Assembly: GCA_965202805.1 (NCBI GenBank)
Contig: OZ241869.1
Coordinates: 1,728,001 to 1,792,000 of the forward strand
Source: Longimicrobiales bacterium
GTDB taxonomy: Bacteria; Gemmatimonadota; Gemmatimonadetes; Longimicrobiales; Gaopeijiaceae
Direction: 5' to 3'
Length of the DNA: 64,000 nucleotides
A program made the translations under genes and the position numbers. This document shows, piece by piece, positions 27,259 through 36,255 of this stretch. Under the pieces are notes generated by a model. That model was not told the DNA's origin, did no database searches, and saw only the letters and a program-made list of their open reading frames with translations. Every line of letters begins with the position of its first letter. Position 1 is the first letter of the stretch.

Positions 27259-28665
27259 CTACCCCACCTCCGCGCGTCGCACCCGCGCCGCGGCCGCCAG
27301 GATGGTCCCGACCAGCCATGTCCCCAGCACCAGGATCGACAGGACGCGGTTGCCCAGCACCCAGCCCAGTGACGGAGCGGCGTACTGAAGCGGCGGCGTC
27401 TCCTCCCAGAGTTCGGGGCCCGCCAGGTATACCTCGCCGGTGCGGGAGTTGTCGGCCAGATCGCCGTTCATCCGCCGCATCAGATCCCGGCGGTACCCCT
27501 CCGCCGCCGTTGCGAAGTGCCGGTGCTGTTCGACGTCCGTCCCGGCCAGTCCCATGGACAGGGTGCGCACCGCCAGCAGCGGCGCCAGCACCGCGAGCGT
27601 CTCGTGTACGGCGCCCTGGCGCTCGAAGGTGTCCCACAGCGCGCTGTAGTTGCGGTCGAAGATCCGGTTGCCGAACTCCTCGCTCTCCTGCAGGTAGACG
27701 CCCACCTCGTTGATCGGCAGATCCTCGACCCGCTCCACTCCGTGCTCCGCCAGCAGGCGCTCGGCCAGCGCGGCCCGGTCCGGGCGGGGAATGCCCTCGA
27801 CGCCGGAAGCCATCTCGCGTTCGACGTTGCGCGCGAACTCGATCGCCGACGGCGTCGGGTGCAGCCACTTCGACAGGTCCACCGCGACGCGCGGCGCCAC
27901 CAGCCCGTTGACCACCCACACGCCCAGCAGGATCACCAGCGCGGTGCGCGCCGAGCGGGCCCGGGCGGACACGGCCAGGGAGAGCGCCAGGAAGGCGGTG
28001 AAATAGGCCAGGTAGACACCGGCCAGGACCACACCCCGGGCCAGCGGGGATGCCGCCGGACCGGGACTCCCGACAACCAGGGCGGCCGCCCCCACCAGGG
28101 CCGCCGGCACCAGCAGCAGCGCCAGCGCCCCGGCGATGCCCAGCGCCTTGCCCAGAGCCAGCTCCCGCCGCCCGATTCCGGTGGCCAGCAGCTGGCGCAG
28201 CGTCCCTCGCTCCCGCTCCCCGGCGAGCGCGCCGAAGGTGAGCAGGATGATGAGCAGGGGCACGAGATGCTGCAGCACCTGCGCCGCCGTCAGGGCCCCG
28301 ATGCGCTGCGCCGCGGTCGCATCCTGGGCCGGGCGCAGAAGGAAGTCGTTCTGACGGTGGGCCTCGAGCCATACCGAGGTCCCGGTGTAGGGATCCACGC
28401 CCTCGTCCACAAAGGACAATGCCAGACGCGGCTTGAACGCGTAGATGCCGTAGTGGGCCGCCGAATGGGGATTCTTCTCGCCCTGCGACTCCCAGTGTTC
28501 GCGGGCGGTGGCCTGCGCGGCAGCGTGCTCCTGCTGCGCGCTTCGTGCCTGGACCCACCCGTGGCCCAGGGAGACCAGCAACAGCGCGCCGACCAGGATC
28601 GAGCACCAGCGAAAGCGCCCGTCCCGAACGACGTCGGTGAACTCCTTGCGTACTATGTGCTTCAT
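27259..28665 (-). CDS. ABC-2 type permease, DUF3526 family
   Basis: KNPHSAAHYG, LEAHRQN, GERERGTLR, LAGTD. Confidence 0.88.
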   Translation of the reverse strand: MKHIVRKEFTDVVRDGRFRWCSILVGALLLVSLGHGWVQARSAQQEHAAAQATAREHWESQGEKNPHSAAHYGIYAFKPRLALSFVDEGVDPYTGTSVWLEAHRQNDFLLRPAQDATAAQRIGALTAAQVLQHLVPLLIILLTFGALAGERERGTLRQLLATGIGRRELALGKALGIAGALALLLVPAALVGAAALVVGSPGPAASPLARGVVLAGVYLAYFTAFLALSLAVSARARSARTALVILLGVWVVNGLVAPRVAVDLSKWLHPTPSAIEFARNVEREMASGVEGIPRPDRAALAERLLAEHGVERVEDLPINEVGVYLQESEEFGNRIFDRNYSALWDTFERQGAVHETLAVLAPLLAVRTLSMGLAGTDVEQHRHFATAAEGYRRDLMRRMNGDLADNSRTGEVYLAGPELWEETPPLQYAAPSLGWVLGNRVLSILVLGTWLVGTILAAAARVRRAEVG

Positions 28666-28677
28666 CGTCGGTGTCTC

Positions 28678-29445
28678 CTAGTCGTGCATGTGCTTCAGAT
28701 AGATGCGCTCGAGATCCGCGTGGCCGATCTCCTCCGTGCTCATCTCCGTGACCAGGCGTCCGTAGCGCATGATGCCCACGCGCGTCCCGGTCTCCTTGGC
28801 GCGAAACAGATCGTGGGTCGCCATGAGCACCGCGACGCCGCGATCCTTGAGCCGTTCGATCAGCCCGGAAAACTCGTTGGAGGCCTGCGGGTCGAGCCCG
28901 GAGGTCGGCTCGTCGAGCAGCAGCGCGTCGGCCTTCTTGGCGATCGCGATGGCGATGCCGACCTTCTGGCGCATGCCCTTGGAGTAATCGGACACGCGCT
29001 GATGGACCGCGGCGCGCTCCAGTCCCGCCTCGACCAGGATGTCGGTGAGCCGCTCAGGGGTCAGGGAACCCCTTCCACCCAGGGCGGCGAAGTACTCCAG
29101 GTTCTCCAGGCCGCTCAGGTTGCGGTAGAGCATGACCTGCTCGGGGATGTACGCGATCCGCTGCTTCGTCTCGCGGTTGTGGGTGGACACGTCCAGACCG
29201 GCGATCAGCGCCTGGCCGGATGTGGGATCCACGAATCCGAGGAAGAGGTTGATGGTGGTGGTCTTGCCCGCCCCGTTGGGGCCCAGCAGGCAGTAGACGT
29301 CCCCGGGCGCTATGGCCAGGTCGAGGGAGTCGAGGGCTCGCGTGGCGCCATAGCTCTTGCTGAGCCCGCGGGCCTCCAGAAGGGGCGTGCGCCCATTCCC
29401 CAATTCGGCGGGGTGCCGAGACTCGGGCGTATGCATGTGTTCCAT
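28678..29445 (-). CDS. ABC transporter ATP-binding protein
   Basis: Walker A GPNGAGKTT, signature YSKGMRQK, LLLDEPTSGLD, H-loop; SD ggagag before ATG 29445. Confidence 0.93.
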   Translation of the reverse strand: MEHMHTPESRHPAELGNGRTPLLEARGLSKSYGATRALDSLDLAIAPGDVYCLLGPNGAGKTTTINLFLGFVDPTSGQALIAGLDVSTHNRETKQRIAYIPEQVMLYRNLSGLENLEYFAALGGRGSLTPERLTDILVEAGLERAAVHQRVSDYSKGMRQKVGIAIAIAKKADALLLDEPTSGLDPQASNEFSGLIERLKDRGVAVLMATHDLFRAKETGTRVGIMRYGRLVTEMSTEEIGHADLERIYLKHMHD

Positions 29446-29536
29446 CTCTCCGGTTGGGTGCGCCCACGCGGACGCAACCATCGACAGGGTTTCGCCGACG
29501 CGCGCGCCGGCCGAGGGGCTCTGCTACAGAGAGATG
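29443..29536 (-). promoter_or_regulatory. Predicted anti-SD/SD duplex (translational attenuator)
   Basis: mRNA CAUCUCUCUG (29536-29527) is complementary to CGGAGAGAUG (29452-29443): 9 Watson-Crick pairs + 1 G-U. Confidence 0.65.
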
Positions 29537-29841
29537 TGGCGAGGCGGGGCTCGGCTGCGTTGAGGGGCGAGATGGATGACCGCGGGAACGAACCGGCGCC
29601 CGGGAAGTGCGGGAATCCGCAGGAAAACCGGTCGCGCGACGCTCGGAGTGCCCGAGACGGTGGCCGATCCGGGACTATGGACGACCTGGCACACGGCACA
29701 GGCGTCCGGCGAGTCGGGTCCGTCTTCGTGTGTGTGTGAGCTCTCCGTCGAATAGACGAGGAGGAGGGAGAGGACGACGGCCATTGCGGTCGGCGCGCGC
29801 ACGCGCTCCCGCGATGCCGTCAGGTCGAACAGGTGCCCCAT
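29524..29841 (-). CDS. DUF2946-like leader peptide with HxH, CxxC and C-terminal RAPP motif (CutF/CruR-like)
   Basis: Hydrophobic segment MAVVLSLLLVY, HTHED, CAVC, ...RSRAPPRHISL*; start may be the internal MAVV. Confidence 0.8.
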   Translation of the reverse strand: MGHLFDLTASRERVRAPTAMAVVLSLLLVYSTESSHTHEDGPDSPDACAVCQVVHSPGSATVSGTPSVARPVFLRIPALPGRRFVPAVIHLAPQRSRAPPRHISL

Positions 29842-29943
29842 CGCTCTCGATAGAACTGGTGCGCCATCGCTCCTTCCTCCACCTCACGGACTTCCCACCG
29901 GCCCACTCGCCGCCCCTGGACGATCGGGGATGCAGCGAACGCT

Positions 29944-29972
29944 ACCGTAGCGCGCCGGTGCGGAGAGGTCAA
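29944..29972 (-). promoter_or_regulatory. Putative sigma70 promoter for the leader/ABC operon
   Basis: Minus strand TTGACC-N17-TACGGT. Confidence 0.55.
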
Positions 29973-30080
29973 TACACGGGCCGCGCCGCGGGCAGTTGCC
30001 CCGACCTCACCCGAACCTGTTAGATTCAGGTCAGGCTCCGGCCGCAGGGCCGGCCGGTTCACCCGGAAGACAGGACGACC

Positions 30081-30629
30081 ATGAACGCTGCCGCCGCCAT
30101 CCTGCTCGCCGCTTCGGTTCTGCACGCCCACGGCGCGCCCCAGGAGCCCCTTTCCAGGGGTCCCTCGCACGACGGCTACACCGAGGCCGTCACCATGCGG
30201 CACGCGCACGAAGGGCCCCATGGCGAAGACCTCGTCCGCATCGAGCGGATGATCCGCTGCACCTGCGGCTGCACGCTTGACGCCCACACCTGCCAGTACC
30301 AGATGCAGTGCAGCGAGTCCCCCGTCTTCACCCGGCGCATTCTGGCGGCGCTCGAGGCGGGCGAGTCCGAGGAAGTGATTCTCGCCGGCTTCGTCGGCGA
30401 CTACGGCCAGAGCATCCTCGGCGCGCCTCCCAGGGAAGGCTTCAACTGGGTCGGCTACGTGATGCCCTGGGTCGCGTTGGCCTTCTCCGGCCTCATTGTC
30501 AGCTTCTTCCTGCGCAGGAACGTCGCCCGCGGGCGGGAGCGCGCGCCGGTCGTGGACTCGGACATCTCCGACACGGACTGGGATCGGCTCCGGAAGGAGA
30601 TGAAGGCGCTGGAGAAGGAAGACTGGTGA
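30081..30629 (+). CDS. ccmH: CcmH/CcmL-like cytochrome c biogenesis protein
   Basis: IRCTCGC...C, FVGDYGQSILGAPPREGFNWVGYVMP, C-terminal TM. Confidence 0.75.
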   Translation: MNAAAAILLAASVLHAHGAPQEPLSRGPSHDGYTEAVTMRHAHEGPHGEDLVRIERMIRCTCGCTLDAHTCQYQMQCSESPVFTRRILAALEAGESEEVILAGFVGDYGQSILGAPPREGFNWVGYVMPWVALAFSGLIVSFFLRRNVARGRERAPVVDSDISDTDWDRLRKEMKALEKEDW

Positions 30630-31063
30630 TGGCCGAACCCCAGCACTACGACAACCACGCCAAGCGTCCTCCCCGGCTGTTTCTCGTGGCGTGGTTCGCC
30701 GCGACGGCCGCGGCCGCGAGCTTCCTGATCCGACTGTTCATCGACTTCAGCGTCGAGACCCTGGCATTGTTCCTGACCGCGGGCGGGGCCTCGGTGGGAA
30801 TCATGTTGGCGCGCCGGTTCGCCCTGGGCGTCCAGGACCGGGTGATCCGCCTCGAGGAGCGCCTTCGCATGGAGAGACTCCTTCCGGACGATCTGAAGGG
30901 CCACATCGAGCAGTTGACGACGGATCAGGTGATCGGGCTGCGCTTCGCATCCGACGCGGAGCTGCCCGGGCTGGTGCGCCGGGTTCTCGCCGGCGAGCTG
31001 GCCGACCGGAAGACGATCAAGCAGGCCGTAGAGGACTGGCGGGCCGACCACCAGCGGGTCTGA
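30629..31063 (+). CDS. DUF6526 family membrane protein
   Basis: QHYDNH...RRFALGVQDRVIRLEERLR...IGLRFASDAEL...WRADHQRV; TGATG overlap. Confidence 0.75.
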   Translation: MAEPQHYDNHAKRPPRLFLVAWFAATAAAASFLIRLFIDFSVETLALFLTAGGASVGIMLARRFALGVQDRVIRLEERLRMERLLPDDLKGHIEQLTTDQVIGLRFASDAELPGLVRRVLAGELADRKTIKQAVEDWRADHQRV

Positions 31064-31076
31064 GGCGGGGTCGGTC

Positions 31077-31733
31077 TTGAGCCGCTCGCAATGCTGTGGG
31101 CTCGAACGCCAGTTCGACGACGCGCACGCGCGCAGGAGCCTGCGCAGATTCCGCCGAAAGGGGCCGGCCAAGCCCACCCGCTGGCTGCTCGGGGCCATCG
31201 CGGAGGACGGTGTCGAGGGCCGCACCTTCATCGATGTCGGCGGGGGCATCGGAGCCGTCCAGCACGAGCTGATGGCGCGTGGCGCAGCCGGGGGAACCCA
31301 CTCGGACGCAGCTCCGGCGTTCCTGCGCGCGGCACGCTCCGAAGCCGAGGCGCGCGGCTATGCGGACCGCATCCGCTACGTGGACGGCGATTTCGTGGAA
31401 CGGGCGGGCGAACTCCCCGCGGCGGACCTGGTGACCCTGGACCGGGTGGTGTGCTGCTATCCCGACATGCCGGCCCTGCTGGGCGCGGCGGCACCCCTGG
31501 CGAAGCGGACGCTCGGGCTGGTGATGCCGCATGGCGGACCGCTGGCGCGCTTCGGCGTCGGGCTGGTCAACTTCATCCAGCGCCTCAGGCGGCATCCGTT
31601 CCGGGTCTTCGCGCATGAGCCTTCCGCGGTGGAGGCGGTGGTGGAGCGCCATGGGCTCGCGAAGCGATTCGAGCGCGCCGGCGTGGTATGGCGGGTGTTG
31701 GTCTTCACCAGGCCAGAGGCCGGCCGGATCTGA
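31077..31733 (+). CDS. Class I SAM-dependent methyltransferase
   Basis: [22 protein letters not shown]. Confidence 0.82.
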   Translation: MSRSQCCGLERQFDDAHARRSLRRFRRKGPAKPTRWLLGAIAEDGVEGRTFIDVGGGIGAVQHELMARGAAGGTHSDAAPAFLRAARSEAEARGYADRIRYVDGDFVERAGELPAADLVTLDRVVCCYPDMPALLGAAAPLAKRTLGLVMPHGGPLARFGVGLVNFIQRLRRHPFRVFAHEPSAVEAVVERHGLAKRFERAGVVWRVLVFTRPEAGRI

Positions 31734-33999
31734 GCTTCAGACGAAGGCTGTTCAGCACCACGCTGACGCTCGAGAACGCCATCGCCAGGGCGGCCAGAAC
31801 CGGGTGCAGCAGGCTGCTGGCGGCGGCCACCGGAATGAGCGCCACATTGTATCCGAAGGCCCAGAAGAGATTCTGGCGAATCGTCCGCATGGTGGCGCGC
31901 GAAAGCTGGATGGCGTCGTTCACGCCGGCCAGATCATCCCGCATCAGGGTGATGTCGGCGCTCTCGATGGCCACGTCGGTGCCCGTCCCTATGGCGATGC
32001 CGACATCCGCTCGCGCCAGCGCGGGCGCATCGTTGGTGCCGTCGCCCACCATGGCGACCGGTTCGCCCATCTCCTGAAGCGCGCTCACCACTTCGGCCTT
32101 CTCGCGCGGCGGCACACCGGCCCGCACTTCCTGGATGCCGGCCTCGTCGGCTATGGCGGCGGCGGTGGCGGCGTTGTCCCCGGTGACCATGACCACGCGC
32201 ATTTGCGTCCGCAGGTTCTCGATCGCGTCGCGGGCACCCGGCTTGAGTTCGTCCGCGATGGCGATCAGGCCGATCGCGCGCCCGTCGACCGCTACCCAGA
32301 CCACGGTATGCGCCTGCGCCTCCAGCCGCTCCGCCTCCGCCGCGAGACCGTACCCGTGACTGCCATGGACGCCCACGAACTGCTTCTTCCCCACCACCAC
32401 CCGGTGGTAGTCCACGGTGCCGATCACGCCGTATCCGGGAACGGCCTCGAAGTCTCGGGGAGGCTCCAGTGCGATCCCGCGCGCCTCCGCCTCCCGAACC
32501 ACCGCGCGCGCCAGGGGATGCTCGCTGCCCCACTCGGCGGAGCCCGCCATCCGGAGGATCCTGCGCGGGTCGTTTCCGGCCACCGCGCGCACGGACGGCT
32601 CGCCCCTGGTGATCGTGCCGGTCTTGTCGAGCACCACCACCCGCAGCTGCCGGGCGAGTTCGAGCGCCTCGCTGTTCCTGAAGAGAATGCCCTTCCCCGC
32701 CCCCACCCCCATCCCGACCATGACGGCCGTGGGGGTCGCCAGCCCCAGCGCGCACGGGCAGGCGATCACCAGCACCGCCACCATCCGGATCAGCGCGGCC
32801 GGAAAGCCGGCGCCCGCCGCCATCCACCACACCAGGAAGGTCCCGGCCGCGATCGCGATCACGATCGGCACGAAGACCCCCGCCACCCGGTCGGCCAGGC
32901 GCTGCACGGGCGCCTTGCTGCCCTGCGCCTCGCGGACCAGGCGCACGATCCCCGCCAGGGCGGTGTCGGCGCCCACGCGGGTCGCGCCCACCTGCAGTAG
33001 GCCCTCGTGGTTGAGGGTGCCGCCGATCACCTTCGCGCCGGGCTTCTTGTCCACCGGGAGGCTCTCGCCGGTGAAGGTGCTCTCATCCACCGAGGACCGT
33101 CCGTCGAGCACGATGCCATCCACAGGAATCCGCTCGCCGGGCCGCACCAGCACGACCTGACCCACCTGCACCTGATCGAGCGGCACCTCCCGTTCCTCCT
33201 CGCCCGCGAGAAGGGTCGCGGTGCGCGGGCGGAGCGCCATCATCCGGCGAATGGCGTCGCCGGTCTCGCCCCTGGCCCGGACCTCCAGCCACTTGCCCAG
33301 CTTGATGAGGGTGATGATCGCCGCGGCCGTCTCGAAGTAGACGTGCTCGCCCAGCGTGGTGACCCCGACGGTGAGCGCGACCGTCACGGCCACGCTGTAG
33401 AAGAACGCGGCGGAGGACCCCAGCGCCACCAGCACGTCCATGTTGGCGCCGCGATTGCGAAGCGCCTTGAAGGACCCCGTGTAGTAGCTCCAGCCGACGT
33501 AGAACTGGACCGGAGTCGCAAGGGTGAGGAAGGCCCAGTTCACCCATGGGGCGTGCGCCCACGCGCCCACCAGCCCGAAGTCGCGCGCCATGCTGACCAG
33601 GAAGAGGGGAAGGGTGAACGCCAGCCCGACACGGAACGCGCGGCCGTGCCGGTCGATTTCCCGGGCGCGGGCCGCCGCTTCGGCGTCCTCCGCCTTTGCC
33701 CCGCTACCCCTGTCCTCCTCCTGCACCGCTTCGGTGACCACCCCGTACCCGGCCTCCTCGATGACGCGGGTCACCTCGGCGGGGGTCACTTCGTCGGGCA
33801 GGTACTGGATGGTTGCGCGCCCGGAGGCGAAGTTCACGTCCGCGCTCACCACTCCGGCGACGCCCGCGCGCAGGACGTTCTCTATGGTGGCCGCGCATCC
33901 CATGCACGTCATCCCGGTGACGGGAAGCTCGAGCCGGGCGGGCCCGGCGCCGTCGCCGGAGGGGCCGGAGGGTGGTGCGGTTCGGGTTGCAACCGACAA
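31705..33999 (-). CDS. copA: Cu(I)-translocating P1B-type ATPase
   Basis: GMTCMGC HMA domain, TGES, CPC, DKTGT, SEHP, GDGTND, YN and MAFSS signatures. Confidence 0.92.
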   Translation of the reverse strand: MSVATRTAPPSGPSGDGAGPARLELPVTGMTCMGCAATIENVLRAGVAGVVSADVNFASGRATIQYLPDEVTPAEVTRVIEEAGYGVVTEAVQEEDRGSGAKAEDAEAAARAREIDRHGRAFRVGLAFTLPLFLVSMARDFGLVGAWAHAPWVNWAFLTLATPVQFYVGWSYYTGSFKALRNRGANMDVLVALGSSAAFFYSVAVTVALTVGVTTLGEHVYFETAAAIITLIKLGKWLEVRARGETGDAIRRMMALRPRTATLLAGEEEREVPLDQVQVGQVVLVRPGERIPVDGIVLDGRSSVDESTFTGESLPVDKKPGAKVIGGTLNHEGLLQVGATRVGADTALAGIVRLVREAQGSKAPVQRLADRVAGVFVPIVIAIAAGTFLVWWMAAGAGFPAALIRMVAVLVIACPCALGLATPTAVMVGMGVGAGKGILFRNSEALELARQLRVVVLDKTGTITRGEPSVRAVAGNDPRRILRMAGSAEWGSEHPLARAVVREAEARGIALEPPRDFEAVPGYGVIGTVDYHRVVVGKKQFVGVHGSHGYGLAAEAERLEAQAHTVVWVAVDGRAIGLIAIADELKPGARDAIENLRTQMRVVMVTGDNAATAAAIADEAGIQEVRAGVPPREKAEVVSALQEMGEPVAMVGDGTNDAPALARADVGIAIGTGTDVAIESADITLMRDDLAGVNDAIQLSRATMRTIRQNLFWAFGYNVALIPVAAASSLLHPVLAALAMAFSSVSVVLNSLRLKLRSGRPLAW

Positions 34000-34173
34000 G
34001 AGTCACCTCGTGTCCGCGGTCTGTTCGCGAGGACCGCAATTTTCTTTCACGGTTCTCACGATTCGACGCGCTGGCGTAGCGCGCGACAACCGGAAATGTT
34101 CACGTAAACTATTCACCGGGATCCGCAACAAGCCAACCCCCGGCGGTCACACTCCTACCCCGATCACGCCGAT

Positions 34174-35022
34174 ATGTCCTTCACTACGCTGGTATCCTCC
34201 GACGAACTGTTCGCGCACCTGGACGATCCCGACTGGGTCGTCCTCGACTGCCGCTTCTCCCTGGTCGACGCGGAGCACGGCCGGCGCGAATATGCCGCGG
34301 CGCACGTGCCCGGCGCAGCCTACGCCCATCTGGAGGAGGATCTTTCGGGTCCCATCCTTGCGGGCGTCACCGGCCGCCACCCCCTTCCCGAGGTCGCCGA
34401 CTTTGCGCGCACGCTCGCGGCCTGGGGCGTCGACGAGCGGGCTCAGGTGGTCGTCTACGACGACATGGGGGGCGCGATGGCGGGTCGGCTCTGGTGGATG
34501 CTCGGGTGGGTCGGCCACGACGCGGTCGCCCTGCTCGACGGCGGCTGGCAGCGCTGGTGCGGAGAGGGGCGGCCGGTCACGGCGGAGGTGGCCGCGCGGC
34601 CGGCGCGGGTCTTCACGGCCGCTCCGCGGCCCGAGCGCCTCGTCCCCGCGGCCGGGGTGGCGGCCCGCCTCGGCGATGCCTCCACCCCCCTCATCGACGC
34701 GCGCGCCGGCGAACGCTACCGCGGCGAGGTCGAACCGCTCGACCCGGTGGCGGGCCACATCCCGGGGGCGGTGTGCGCGGCCTTCGAGGAGAACCTCACC
34801 CCGGACGGGACCTTCAAGTCCCGCGAGGAGCTCCGACAGCGCTTCCGGACCATCCTCGGCGACACGCCCCCGGAGAACTCCGTGTCCTACTGCGGCTCCG
34901 GCGTCACCGCCTGCCACAACCTGCTCGCCATGGAGCACGCCGGGCTGTCCGGCGGGCGGCTCTACGCGGGCTCCTGGAGCCACTGGGTCACCGATTCCGA
35001 CCGCCCCGTCGAACGCGGCTGA
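34174..35022 (+). CDS. sseA: Tandem-rhodanese sulfurtransferase (3-mercaptopyruvate type)
   Basis: HVPGA, GRHPLP, GHIPGA, YCGSGVTAC, YAGSWSHW. Confidence 0.9.
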   Translation: MSFTTLVSSDELFAHLDDPDWVVLDCRFSLVDAEHGRREYAAAHVPGAAYAHLEEDLSGPILAGVTGRHPLPEVADFARTLAAWGVDERAQVVVYDDMGGAMAGRLWWMLGWVGHDAVALLDGGWQRWCGEGRPVTAEVAARPARVFTAAPRPERLVPAAGVAARLGDASTPLIDARAGERYRGEVEPLDPVAGHIPGAVCAAFEENLTPDGTFKSREELRQRFRTILGDTPPENSVSYCGSGVTACHNLLAMEHAGLSGGRLYAGSWSHWVTDSDRPVERG

Positions 35023-35089
35023 GGATCCGCACCCGTTTCGACGCCGCCCGGGAGGCGACAGCAGGCCGCCCAGCCGGGACCAGGCGCCT

Positions 35090-36253
35090 TCACCCGGGAC
35101 CGAGCACCCTCGCCACCCGTCTCGCGACCCTGATCGGCAGCGCGCGCAGCGCCCTCCCCAGCCCTCCCGCTCCGGAATCGCCGTCGCCCTCGAATCGCCG
35201 CGAAGCCTCCAGGTCCGGCTCCAGCACCCGGCGCCGGAACGCTCCGACGACCTCCGGTGACCGGAACACGGCGACGATCTCGGCCAGAAACCCGTTGTAG
35301 CTCATCAGGTCGAAATTGGAGGATCCGGTGACGAGCAGGCCGTCGTCGATCAGCATGCACTTCATGTGGATCATGCCCCCCTCGAACAGCCACACCTCGA
35401 AGCCGGCCCGCTCCGCCATCGCCAGCAGGTACTTCTGCAGATAGGCCTTGTTGTTGGAGCACGGGGTCACGATCCGGACCCGGACGCCACGCGCCGCGGC
35501 AGCCGCCAGATGGTCCGTGAAGGGCGGGCTCAGATAGGGGCTGATGACGTCGATCGAGCGTTCGGCGCCATCGATGAGCCCGAGCAGGTCGCGATAGGCC
35601 GCGCGGTTGCCTTCTCCCGGCAGCAGATGAATGTCCAGCTCCGGCCCGGCGAAGGAGGCGCGCGCATACTCGGAACGCCCCTCCCACGAGGACTCGAAGT
35701 CTCGCCTGAGGAAACGGGCGACATCGGCATCCTCGAGCCGCACCATGAGGTCGTGCCACTCGAAGTTGTGCTCGGAGAAGTTGATGCCCCCGATGTAGGA
35801 GACGCGGTCGTCGAAGAGGATGAGCTTCTTGTGGTCGCGGTTGAGGAAGCGCTGCCCGAGGATCCCGAAGGGACGGCCGAAGCGGACGCCCACGCCCTTC
35901 GCCCGCAGCAGGCGCACCAGCCGCCGGGTGTTGCGCACCTCCGCCCGGAACGCGGGGTCGAAGAGCGTGCCGGGGAGGGCGATCCAGCGGTCGTTCTGAT
36001 TGGCTCGCGTATAGGAGTCGACGAGCAGGCGGCGGTCGGGGGCTCGCGCGTCGAGCAGGGCCTCCGAGAGCGCCGTCCCCACCCAATCCCCCTCGAACGA
36101 GTAGGTCTGGATGAAGGCGTACTCGCGCGCTGCGGCGAGATCGGCCTGGACCGACGCCCACACGGCCTCGGAGTCGACCAGGACCTGGGCTCGCGCGTCG
36201 GCCTGCGGGCGACGTGCGTCGACCCGCGACGGACCCCCGCCGCCGTCACCCAC
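35090..36253 (-). CDS. Phospholipase D / cardiolipin synthase-like protein
   Basis: Two HKD motifs (DHKKLILFD, HMKCMLID), GGIN, GSSN; start approximate. Confidence 0.85.
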   Translation of the reverse strand: MGDGGGGPSRVDARRPQADARAQVLVDSEAVWASVQADLAAAREYAFIQTYSFEGDWVGTALSEALLDARAPDRRLLVDSYTRANQNDRWIALPGTLFDPAFRAEVRNTRRLVRLLRAKGVGVRFGRPFGILGQRFLNRDHKKLILFDDRVSYIGGINFSEHNFEWHDLMVRLEDADVARFLRRDFESSWEGRSEYARASFAGPELDIHLLPGEGNRAAYRDLLGLIDGAERSIDVISPYLSPPFTDHLAAAAARGVRVRIVTPCSNNKAYLQKYLLAMAERAGFEVWLFEGGMIHMKCMLIDDGLLVTGSSNFDLMSYNGFLAEIVAVFRSPEVVGAFRRRVLEPDLEASRRFEGDGDSGAGGLGRALRALPIRVARRVARVLGPG

Positions 36254-36255
36254 CC

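Noticed and set aside
29996..30031. TTGCCC-N19-TAGATT with ACCTG-N7-CAGGT as a CueR/MerR-type promoter
   Set aside because: The dyad has only 5-bp arms and straddles the -10 rather than lying in the spacer; no MerR gene in the window
31705..31733. 29-bp convergent overlap of methyltransferase and copA
   Set aside because: Short 3' overlaps are common in high-GC genomes
34017..34048. Hairpin GCGGTC/GACCGC plus T-rich tract as a terminator
   Set aside because: It lies between divergent genes with no plus-strand gene to terminate; no CsoR or CueR box recognised
34146..34176. GTCACA upstream of sseA (also near 10250 and 50884) as further ECF promoters
   Set aside because: They lack the CG(T/C)T(T/C)CCTGGAT element at the 16-nt spacing
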